Shown: positions 23,282 to 30,985 of the stretch, piece by piece
Layout: every line of letters begins with the position of its first letter
Position numbering within the stretch: the first letter of the stretch is position 1
Origin: Patescibacteria group bacterium
GTDB taxonomy: Bacteria; Patescibacteriota; UBA1384; XYA2-FULL-43-10
Assembly (NCBI GenBank): GCA_041674405.1
Contig: JBAYVT010000004.1
Location: 1 to 32,000 of the forward strand
Reading direction: 5' to 3'
DNA: 32,000 nucleotides
The notes under the pieces: model-generated
What the model saw: the letters and a program-made list of their open reading frames with translations, nothing else
Databases searched by the model: none
Told to the model about the DNA's origin: nothing
Program-made: the position numbers and the translations under genes

Positions 23282-24586
23282 TTAGGATTTAGGTGCTTGT
23301 AAAAAGAGAATTTCTCTTTTTACAACCTGATAATCCCGCCCGTAAACTAAAGGCGGACGAAGTAGAGTATAACCCATTTTTTCGATCTCGTCAACACTCG
23401 CAGCGAAAAGGCTGATCTGTCCGCCATCTGATGATTCGACGAGGGGAAAGACGAGGCAAACAGCTGACAGCTGACAGCTGCTAGCTCGCAGTAAACTAGC
23501 CAAGTTTTTAAGAAAACCCAGATATATTCCTTCTAGCTTCTTAAATTCGCCAAGAACAGCATTTTTCGAGGGCTTAAATTTTTTTGGTTCACCGAGATAC
23601 GGCTCGGCGACGATGATTACATCGCGAGTCGAAAGTTCCAAGTCCAAAGTCGAAAGCGGGGCAAGAAAATCATGCTTGGTTGCGTCAGCTTGAAAGATTG
23701 AAAATGTTTTGCCTGTCATTGCGAGCCCGGAGGGCGCGGCAATCTTTTTAATAGATTGCTTCGTCATTTCATTCCTCGCAATGACCCATTCTATGTTTAG
23801 TTTCGTATCCATCACAGCTTTTTCCGAAATATCCGAAGCAATAATATCGTGCCCAAGCATGAGAGCTTCTATGGGAATATTGCCCGATCCGCAGAATGGA
23901 TCGACGACAATAGATTTATCATTTGATTCGCCAATACTTAGATTCACCATCATTCGAGCTAGCTTCGGCGGCAACATTCCGGAATATTTATCTCCGGCTG
24001 GCTTGCCATAATCACGCTTCGACCACTCGAACGGATTCGATATTGCAATCAATCGACCCAAATACTCGTCAAAGACACCTACTTCGACTCCCTTGCCATC
24101 TAGCTTGTTGGTTTGTGAAACAATTGTTGAGAGCTCCTGCCCCTCCTTAATCGCTACGAATCGAGACTTAATTTGAGGCTTAAGGGCAGTCTTAACTTCA
24201 ATTCCAAGCTTGTTGATATTCAAAGTTCGTTTTGAAAAATTTGAGATTCCAAAGTCAATTTTCGAACCATTTTCACTTTTTTCAGCGATCACCATATCAA
24301 TGATCTCTTTTTTAAGATCAGGACTTGCCTTTTTGTACAGTTCAAATATCTTTGTCGTTCCGCCCAGGCTGCTTATCAAGCTGTCAGCTGTCATCTGCAA
24401 GCTACCAGCTTCTTCAAACTTGATGATAGCGATATTGTCGGATACACTTGAAATGCAAAAACCAAAACCAAAGCGTCCTAAAACCGCCTTTACTTCAAGG
24501 AGGGCTAGCTCGGATTCTCTACCGAGTACGAAGGCGAATGTATTTTTGTTGTGATCTGTGTCCATAAATTCATCTAAATCTATCAC
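23282..24586 (-). CDS. THUMP-like / UPF0020-family SAM-dependent RNA methyltransferase (Trm11/RlmL-like)
   Basis: GMLPPKLARMMVNLS and VVDPFCGSGNIPIEALMLGHDIIASDIS (SAM-binding motif I of the UPF0020 family), plus IIVAEPYLGEP (a motif IV-like (D/N/E)PPY variant). The track start at 24586 is GTG; the ATG at 24565 (MDTDHN) is an alternative. Confidence 0.75.
   Translation of the reverse strand: MIDLDEFMDTDHNKNTFAFVLGRESELALLEVKAVLGRFGFGFCISSVSDNIAIIKFEEAGSLQMTADSLISSLGGTTKIFELYKKASPDLKKEIIDMVIAEKSENGSKIDFGISNFSKRTLNINKLGIEVKTALKPQIKSRFVAIKEGQELSTIVSQTNKLDGKGVEVGVFDEYLGRLIAISNPFEWSKRDYGKPAGDKYSGMLPPKLARMMVNLSIGESNDKSIVVDPFCGSGNIPIEALMLGHDIIASDISEKAVMDTKLNIEWVIARNEMTKQSIKKIAAPSGLAMTGKTFSIFQADATKHDFLAPLSTLDLELSTRDVIIVAEPYLGEPKKFKPSKNAVLGEFKKLEGIYLGFLKNLASLLRASSCQLSAVCLVFPLVESSDGGQISLFAASVDEIEKMGYTLLRPPLVYGRDYQVVKREILFLQAPKS
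23715..23785. repeat. 71-nt nested palindrome made of two head-to-head GTCATTGCGAG...GCAATCT elements, inside the methyltransferase CDS
   Basis: Outer arms GTCATTGCGAG (23715-23725) and CTCGCAATGAC (23775-23785) are a perfect 11-bp repeat. Inner arms GCAATCT (23739-23745) and AGATTGC (23753-23759) are 7 bp around a TTTTAAT loop. The region is translated as WVIARNEMTKQSIKKIAAPSGLAMTG. Confidence 0.8.
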
Positions 24587-24604
24587 GAATAGGAAAAAAA
24601 CTCA

Positions 24605-27600
24605 ATGAGCGAGGACAAACCAAAATTCGTACATCTGCATGTCCATAGCCACTATTCTATGCTCGATGGGATGGGTAAAATCCCCGATCTGGTGGCAAAA
24701 GCAAAAAACGACGGCCAACCTGCTATCGCCCTTACCGACCATGGTGTTATGCACGGCATAATCGAATTCTATGAAGAGTGCTTGAAGCAGGAAATCAAGC
24801 CAATATTGGGCGTTGAGGCCTATATGGCACCGCGTACGATGCATGACAAGCAGCCGCGAGTCGATTCTTCAGCCTATCACCTTATACTCTTGGCAAAAAA
24901 TGAAACCGGATATAAAAATCTTTTGAAATTAACATCTATTGCTCATCTTGATGGATATTATTATAAGCCAAGAATTGACAAAAAAACGCTCAAAAAGCAT
25001 GCGGATGGTTTGATCGCTTGTAGCGCCTGTGTCCAAGGTGAAATTCCAAGAAAATCGCTTGAGAGCCTAAACGAAGGCCGCAAAGCCCTAAAAGAATATT
25101 TGGAAATATTCCCTAAGGAAGATCTGTATCTCGAGGTTCAGAAACACCCGCACACTGTTCCCGAGCAAGACTCAGCAAATAAAAATATGTTCAAGCTTGC
25201 TCAGGAATTCGGGTTGAAAGTTATTGCAACAAATGACCCTCACTATGTAAATTCGGATGACAATATAGCCCATGATGCATTGATCTGCCTTCAAACAGGA
25301 AAAGTTTTGTCTGATGAAAACAGAATGTCCATGGCTGGAGATGATTATTCACTTCTAACCACCGAGCAGATGGCGGCGAATTTTCCCGACCATCCGGAAG
25401 TTCTTCAAAACACGCTTGAGATTGTCGAAAAATGCAATGTCGAGATCGAGCTTGGCAAATTTAAATTCCCCGAATTTCCACTCCCGGAGGGTGAAACCTA
25501 TGAGACGTATCTGCGCAAGTTGATCGACGAACGCCTGCCCCGCATGGTAGGCGAAGTTACGAAAGAAATGACGGATCGTATCGACTATGAGTTTGATGTG
25601 ATTAAGAAAAAAGGTTACTTAGGATATTTTTTGATTGTGCAGGATTTTTTCCACTTTGCAAAAGAAAACGGCATTCCGACCAATACCAGGGGTTCAGCCG
25701 CAGGTTGTTTCATCTCCTATGCTCTCGGAATCACTGCTAAGCAGCTGAACCCGATGGAATACAATCTGCCATTTGAACGATTTTTAAATCCGTATCGCCC
25801 ATCTGCGCCCGATATCGACGCTGATATTGCCGATTCCGGCCGCGATTCGATCATTCAGTATGTGTCCAAAAAATATGGAAAAGATCACGTGGCACAGATT
25901 ATCACCTTCGGAACAATGGCAGCCAGAATGGCAGTCCGTGATGTCGGGCGGGTACTCGGCATGACATATTCAGAAGTCGATATTATTGCAAAATTAATTC
26001 CTCCCCTCAAAACAACGCTTGAAAAAGCTCTTGATTCAGTCGAGGATTTGAAAGCACTATATAATTCTGATGCTAAGGTCAAGCAGTGTATCGATATTGC
26101 TCGCAAACTCGAGGGCGTCGTCCGCCATGCTTCCGTCCATGCTGCCGGTGTGGTTATCGCACCTGAGGCAATCACAAACTTTACTCCGATCATGATGGAC
26201 GCAAAGGGCGAACGGCTCATCACCCAATACGAAATGCACACTGTAGGAGAAGATGGCGTTGGCTTGATCAAGATGGATTTTCTTGGGCTTGCTAACCTTT
26301 CAATCATTCAAAATGCCCTCCGCATTATTCGAAAAACACGAAATACCGAGATCAATCTTGAGGAAATTCCGCTCGACGACAAAAAAACTTTTCAGCTTCT
26401 ATCTCGCGGAGAAACCATTGGCGTTTTTCAGCTTGAATCCGAAGGCATGCGCAAGAATATCAAAGAGCTTCGTCCTTCGACAATCCATGACATCATGGCA
26501 ATGGTGGCACTCTACCGCCCCGGGCCGATGGCTTTTATTCCAGAATACATAGCCCGCAAGCACAATCCGGCAAGAATAAGTTATCTTGATCCTAGAATGA
26601 AACAATTCCTGGATAAATCACTTGGCCTGATCGTTTATCAGGATGATGTTCTTATGATTGCCCTCGAGCTTGCCGGCTACAACTGGGAGGAAGTCGATAA
26701 ATTTCGAAAAGCTATCGGTAAAAAAATTGCCAAAGATATGGCAGCCCAGAAAGATAAGTTCTATAAACAAATCATCGAACGCGGCATGGAGAAAAATATC
26801 GTTGATGAGCTCTGGGCGCAGATTGAAACGTTTGCCGGTTACGGCTTTAATAAAGCGCATGCTGCAAGCTACGGCCTCGTCGCCTACCAGACAGCATATT
26901 TGAAATCGAATTATCCGCCAGAATATATGTCAGCCTTAATGACCTCAAACCGAGATGATCTTGACAAATTAGCAATGGAGATCGAGGAATGTAAACGAAT
27001 GGGCATACAGGTTTTGCCTCCATCGGTAAACGAATCCTTCGTTGATTTTGGCGTTGTGAAAGACAGCGGCAATGTCCGTTTCGGCCTTTCCGCCATCAAG
27101 AATGTTGGTGCAGCAGTTGCAGAAGAAATAGTTGAAAATCGCAAGGAAGGTGGAAAATTCAAAGATATTGAGGATTTTTTGACGCGGTTGGGTCCCAAAG
27201 TAATTAATAAAAAATCACTGGAATCGCTTGTGATGGCGGGCGCACTAGACGATCTTGGAGAGCGGGCTCTCTTTCTCTACAACATGGAAAAAATGTTGGC
27301 TTTCGCATCGAATATTCAGAAGAATCAGAATTCTGGCCAAAATTCATTATTTACAAGCGAAGAAGTCAGTATCCCCTCTATTCAATTTGAGGAAACAAAG
27401 CCGGCAGAAAAAAAACAACGGCTGGCATGGGAGCGGGAACTTCTCGGCATGTACGTGTCTGAACATCCGCTTTCTGGCATTTCGCACATGATCGAACCCC
27501 ACCGAACACTCAAGATTTCCGAAGTTACATCTGAACACGAAGGTGAATTTGTCCGAATTTCCGGCATTATTACAAACATCCATTCGATCCTCACCCGTGC

Positions 27601-28186
27601 TAATCAAAAAATGGTTTTTGCCAAAATCGAAGATCTCACCAGCAATGCTGAAGTAATCGCATTCCCGAAAATCTTAGCAGAAACAACTGACCTCTGGGTT
27701 GCCGATAAAATCGTGGCGGTAGACGGATATGTAAACTACAAAGACGGATCACCAAAAATCCTGTGTGAGCAGATACAGGAGATCCACGAACAAGCCGACA
27801 TCGATCCTTTCAAACCAAGAGGCAAAAAGAAAAATGGAGATTGGCGGAAAAAAGGAAATGGGAATGGTAATGGAAATAGCTATGCCTCTACCAACGGATA
27901 CTCCAATAACGGTTCAGTGCCCGCCCCCAAAAAACAAGCTGAAGAGTATATTATCAAGCGCAAATCGATAAAAATAACGCTACCCAAAGGCTCCGACCGC
28001 TCGATTTTGAAAGAAATAAAAGAAATATTGGAGTCCGACCCGGGTGAATCTGACGTGATCCTGAATGTACCGAATAATGGCAGCGGATACAAAGAGATCA
28101 AAACAAAAACCAAGGTAGCGATAAATCCCGTCCTTAACAAAAAATTAAAAGAGATCGTCGGCAAGGAAAATATTGCCATCACCTAA
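24605..28186 (+). CDS. dnaE: DNA polymerase III alpha subunit
   Basis: PHP-domain start FVHLHVHSHYSMLDG. Also FLIVQDFFHFAKENGIPTNTRGSAAGCFISYALGIT, PDIDADI, MDFLGLANL and GYGFNKAHAASYGLVAYQTAYLK, 1193 aa. SD AGGA upstream of the ATG at 24605. Confidence 0.95.
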   Translation: MSEDKPKFVHLHVHSHYSMLDGMGKIPDLVAKAKNDGQPAIALTDHGVMHGIIEFYEECLKQEIKPILGVEAYMAPRTMHDKQPRVDSSAYHLILLAKNETGYKNLLKLTSIAHLDGYYYKPRIDKKTLKKHADGLIACSACVQGEIPRKSLESLNEGRKALKEYLEIFPKEDLYLEVQKHPHTVPEQDSANKNMFKLAQEFGLKVIATNDPHYVNSDDNIAHDALICLQTGKVLSDENRMSMAGDDYSLLTTEQMAANFPDHPEVLQNTLEIVEKCNVEIELGKFKFPEFPLPEGETYETYLRKLIDERLPRMVGEVTKEMTDRIDYEFDVIKKKGYLGYFLIVQDFFHFAKENGIPTNTRGSAAGCFISYALGITAKQLNPMEYNLPFERFLNPYRPSAPDIDADIADSGRDSIIQYVSKKYGKDHVAQIITFGTMAARMAVRDVGRVLGMTYSEVDIIAKLIPPLKTTLEKALDSVEDLKALYNSDAKVKQCIDIARKLEGVVRHASVHAAGVVIAPEAITNFTPIMMDAKGERLITQYEMHTVGEDGVGLIKMDFLGLANLSIIQNALRIIRKTRNTEINLEEIPLDDKKTFQLLSRGETIGVFQLESEGMRKNIKELRPSTIHDIMAMVALYRPGPMAFIPEYIARKHNPARISYLDPRMKQFLDKSLGLIVYQDDVLMIALELAGYNWEEVDKFRKAIGKKIAKDMAAQKDKFYKQIIERGMEKNIVDELWAQIETFAGYGFNKAHAASYGLVAYQTAYLKSNYPPEYMSALMTSNRDDLDKLAMEIEECKRMGIQVLPPSVNESFVDFGVVKDSGNVRFGLSAIKNVGAAVAEEIVENRKEGGKFKDIEDFLTRLGPKVINKKSLESLVMAGALDDLGERALFLYNMEKMLAFASNIQKNQNSGQNSLFTSEEVSIPSIQFEETKPAEKKQRLAWERELLGMYVSEHPLSGISHMIEPHRTLKISEVTSEHEGEFVRISGIITNIHSILTRANQKMVFAKIEDLTSNAEVIAFPKILAETTDLWVADKIVAVDGYVNYKDGSPKILCEQIQEIHEQADIDPFKPRGKKKNGDWRKKGNGNGNGNSYASTNGYSNNGSVPAPKKQAEEYIIKRKSIKITLPKGSDRSILKEIKEILESDPGESDVILNVPNNGSGYKEIKTKTKVAINPVLNKKLKEIVGKENIAIT

Positions 28187-28682
28187 TAAGTTGTTTTTCA
28201 ATCCTTTTTGTCACTTCTTGCTGGATTTCGAATGGATCGGAGATGTTTTTGACAATAATTTCCGTACCAATTCCGGCTCCGGCTGTGCGTATTATCAAAT
28301 CACCAAAACCGAGTGACATGCGGATTGCCCCGGAAGTATCAGATGAAATGTCAACGATATTTCTAAGCTCGGTTTCGATAATTTTGCGGCCAAAAAATCC
28401 TCTTTGCGCCAAATACATTACTCTTTGGTTTGTGAGAATGAGAACACTCGCGGCATATTCATAATACGGCCTTGCAAATACAGCAAAAGCAGAAAGCACA
28501 AAAATTAACGTCGCTAGGGTAAAATATGTGCTCGCACCAGTAAAGAAGAAGACACCGACTGGAATAGCAAGCAGTATAACAGCCTTGATACCCGGCCAGA
28601 ACAATACAAAAGGATGATTTTTGACCACTTCCTCGACCGTTTCATCTGCGCGCTGGCCTTTGAATGTGAACTCAAGAGACAT
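28179..28682 (-). CDS. membrane protein with a bacterial PH-like (bPH_2/YdbS-type) domain
   Basis: Two TM helices (IKAVILLAIPVGVFFF; FTLATLIFVLSAFAVFA) followed by SVLILTNQRVMYLAQRGFFGRKIIETELRNIVDISSDTSGAIRMSLGFGDLIIRT, typical of the bPH_2 topology. The ATG at 28682 is preferred over the GTG at 28694. The stop overlaps the convergent dnaE stop by 8 nt. Confidence 0.6.
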   Translation of the reverse strand: MSLEFTFKGQRADETVEEVVKNHPFVLFWPGIKAVILLAIPVGVFFFTGASTYFTLATLIFVLSAFAVFARPYYEYAASVLILTNQRVMYLAQRGFFGRKIIETELRNIVDISSDTSGAIRMSLGFGDLIIRTAGAGIGTEIIVKNISDPFEIQQEVTKRIEKQLIR

Positions 28683-28743
28683 GGGTCGTTTCACTCCGAT
28701 TTCTAAATTTAACTTTTAAAATTTGGTTTTTAGTCATTAGATA

Positions 28744-29841
28744 TTAAGATTCTGTCATTTGCTTCGCTCTCATGCGAAGCAAAACGATTATCCCTATTAA
28801 CAATAATATCAAAATTATTGAAGCAATGATTTTGTTCATGGTTGTCGAACGCAGAGCGACCCAGGCAAAAGCAATCGCAATAACGTAAAGCGACAGGACA
28901 GCCTCGCGAACAGAAAAGCCAGCGGCCAAAAATCTATGATGAAGATGCGTTTTATCCGGAGTCGTAAAAGGGTTTTTGCCACGTAAAATTCTTCCGCCGG
29001 CCACAAAGAGGCCATCTACTATCGGAAAACCCAATACAAGGAACGCTGTAGCCAATTTACCGCCAGAAATAAGTGGAAGCACTCCCAGTATATAACCCAA
29101 AAACATACTTCCTGCATCCCCCATAAATATTTTTGCCGGCGGAAAATTCCAAAACAGGAACCCTGCAGTTGACCCTGCCAATATTATTGCAATTAGCGCA
29201 GTCGATGGCTGATTTACAGCCAGCGAGATTGAAAGAAGAAAAATGGTAAAGGCGGCAATAGTTGAAATTCCGGAAGCCAATCCGTCGATTCCGTCCACGA
29301 AATTGATTACGTTCATCATTCCGACAAGCCAGACCAATGTTAGAAGATCGGACCAGAGAGAAAAATGTACCATCGTTCCAGAAACGGAGAAAAGGGGAAC
29401 ATAAATCGAATTCAAATTAATTTCACCACCAAACGGATTGGTTAAAGTATCAATTCCGATTCCGCCAGATATCGCAACAATTGCTGCTAAAATTTGAAAG
29501 ATTGATTTCTGCCATGCTTTTAGCCCGAAAAGATCATCAAAAAACATCGATATTACAACAAGCGTACTGCCCAATATAATTCCAATAAATTTCGAGTCCA
29601 AACCAAAAACTGCCGAACCGGCAAAGCCAAAGTTGGTTTTAAATACCAGAAGAAAAATGGTCAATGTGATCAAAAATGACAAGAAAATCGCAATTCCCCC
29701 GATCCTGGGAATTGGTTTTTTGTGCACATCGCGTTCCCTAATTTCGGCAAATATTTTTTTGCGGAAACCTAGGGATCTCACAATTCCAGTCGCAAAAATC
29801 GATAGAACCAGGCTGATAAAAAATCCAAGAAAATAAGTCAT
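28744..29841 (-). CDS. polyprenyl-phosphate N-acetylhexosamine-1-phosphate transferase (WecA/TagO branch of the MraY superfamily)
   Basis: MNVINFVDGIDGLASG, FMGDAGSMFLGY and DKTHLHHRFL, with about 10 TM segments, 365 aa. The NxxNxxDGxDGLA and HLHHR motifs favour WecA-like over MraY proper. Confidence 0.8.
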   Translation of the reverse strand: MTYFLGFFISLVLSIFATGIVRSLGFRKKIFAEIRERDVHKKPIPRIGGIAIFLSFLITLTIFLLVFKTNFGFAGSAVFGLDSKFIGIILGSTLVVISMFFDDLFGLKAWQKSIFQILAAIVAISGGIGIDTLTNPFGGEINLNSIYVPLFSVSGTMVHFSLWSDLLTLVWLVGMMNVINFVDGIDGLASGISTIAAFTIFLLSISLAVNQPSTALIAIILAGSTAGFLFWNFPPAKIFMGDAGSMFLGYILGVLPLISGGKLATAFLVLGFPIVDGLFVAGGRILRGKNPFTTPDKTHLHHRFLAAGFSVREAVLSLYVIAIAFAWVALRSTTMNKIIASIILILLLIGIIVLLRMRAKQMTES

Positions 29842-29856
29842 ATTTTGAAATTACCC

Positions 29857-29886
29857 CACAGAAATGTTACACAGAATGACACAGAA
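29857..29886. repeat. three copies of CACAGAA (plus strand) downstream of the GxxExxY gene
   Basis: Exact heptamers at 29857-29863, 29870-29876 and 29880-29886. Confidence 0.75.
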
Positions 29887-29888
29887 AC

Positions 29889-30281
29889 TTATTTTATTAA
29901 ACGCTTAACCTTGGCGCCATTCTTGGTAAAAACTATTAATAATCCGACTTGAATTTTTTCCGACGACAAATAGCTAAGGAGTTGTCTAACGTCAGTTTCA
30001 TAAATTTCATTTCTGACTTTAAGCTCAACAGCTATTTTCCCTGCCACAAGGAAATCTAAATAATATTTACCGACTTTTTTACCGTTGAATGTAACAAATC
30101 CGTATTTCTCACGCTGAAATTCAAGTTGTTTTTTTGCAAGTGACTCTGATAACGCATTCTGATAGGTTTTTTCAGACAGCCCATATCCTAGCGCCTTATA
30201 CACCTCGAAAGCACATCCAATAATATTTCTGGTCAGTTCTATCTCAGGATATTCGTCATTATCAAATCGATTTATATTCAT
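29889..30281 (-). CDS. GxxExxY-family protein (PD-(D/E)xK-like)
   Basis: LTRNIIGCAFEVYKALGYGLSEKTYQNALSESLAKKQLEFQRE...YYLDFLVAGKIAVELKV...QLLSYLSSEKIQVGLLIVF matches the family pattern, including the G-x-x-E-x-x-Y motif (GLSEKTY). Confidence 0.8.
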   Translation of the reverse strand: MNINRFDNDEYPEIELTRNIIGCAFEVYKALGYGLSEKTYQNALSESLAKKQLEFQREKYGFVTFNGKKVGKYYLDFLVAGKIAVELKVRNEIYETDVRQLLSYLSSEKIQVGLLIVFTKNGAKVKRLIK

Positions 30282-30288
30282 TTCCCCC

Positions 30289-30360
30289 TTCTGTGTTTTT
30301 CTGTGGACCGTTTTTCTGTGACCGTCCCTTCCGTGTTCTTCTGTGGGTTGTGCTTCTGTG
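30289..30360. repeat. five exact copies and one degenerate copy of TTCTGTG (= CACAGAA on the minus strand) upstream of the GxxExxY gene
   Basis: Exact copies at 30289, 30299, 30314, 30339 and 30354, with degenerate TTCCGTG at 30329. TTCTGTGACCGTC occurs twice (30314 and 30354). Confidence 0.75.
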
Positions 30361-30365
30361 ACCGT

Positions 30366-30977
30366 CTACTCGTTGAACATCACGCTATGATCTGACCGCT
30401 TATATTCATCATGAATATCTTCATCAGAAAACCAATGGGTAATCTCATGCTCGGCCTCTTCTGGCGTTTCCGAAGCATGCATGATGTTCTTAATTGCCCG
30501 ACCTTCTAGGTTTGCAGCCGCAGGTGAGTCTACTGAAAAATCTCCCCTCACAGTGCCAATTTCAGCCTTGGACGGAAGGGTATTACCAGCAATTTTGCGC
30601 ACCATATCAATAGCGTGCACACCCTCGACAATCATTGCAACAACAGGAGCATCAAGGAGATAATCAACCAACCATTTTCGAACCATTTTTCCGGCTTCTT
30701 TCTTTGAATCGGTGCCCATCATTTCTTTTGGATCGATGCCATATTCCTCAAAGACCGTAAAACCTTTGTGCCCGAGCCTTTCTATCCAGGCTTCGTCCTT
30801 TGGGTAATGATTATCGATGTGTTCAAGTGATGGCTTGACCATTTTAAGAGCAACGATTTTCAGCCCGCGATTCTCAAGCCGTTTAATTACTTCGCCAACC
30901 AATCCCCTCTGTACCCCGTCCGGCTTGACTAGTACGAGCGATCTTTGAATCGCAATCTTTAATTTCTTTTCCGCCAT
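30366..30977 (-). CDS. ndk: nucleoside-diphosphate kinase (long form, 203 aa)
   Basis: RSLVLVKPDGVQRGLVGEVIKRLENRGLKIVALKMV, TVRGDF and NIMHASETPEEAEHEITHWF (NxxHxS active-site His region). SD GGAG lies 6 nt upstream of the ATG at 30977. Confidence 0.88.
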   Translation of the reverse strand: MAEKKLKIAIQRSLVLVKPDGVQRGLVGEVIKRLENRGLKIVALKMVKPSLEHIDNHYPKDEAWIERLGHKGFTVFEEYGIDPKEMMGTDSKKEAGKMVRKWLVDYLLDAPVVAMIVEGVHAIDMVRKIAGNTLPSKAEIGTVRGDFSVDSPAAANLEGRAIKNIMHASETPEEAEHEITHWFSDEDIHDEYKRSDHSVMFNE

Positions 30978-30985
30978 AAGTTCTC

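Noticed and set aside
24566-24604. Divergent promoter pair in the 18-39-nt gap between the methyltransferase and dnaE starts
   Set aside because: The gap is too short to place -35/-10 elements with any confidence. The promoters presumably lie inside the neighbouring coding regions.
1274-30360. CRISPR-like interpretation of the short repeat arrays (1274-1317, 16226-16257, 29857-29886, 30289-30360)
   Set aside because: The repeat units are only 7-14 nt. Spacings are 3-18 nt and irregular, and there are no cas genes. They are better described as cassette-flanking or tandem micro-repeats.
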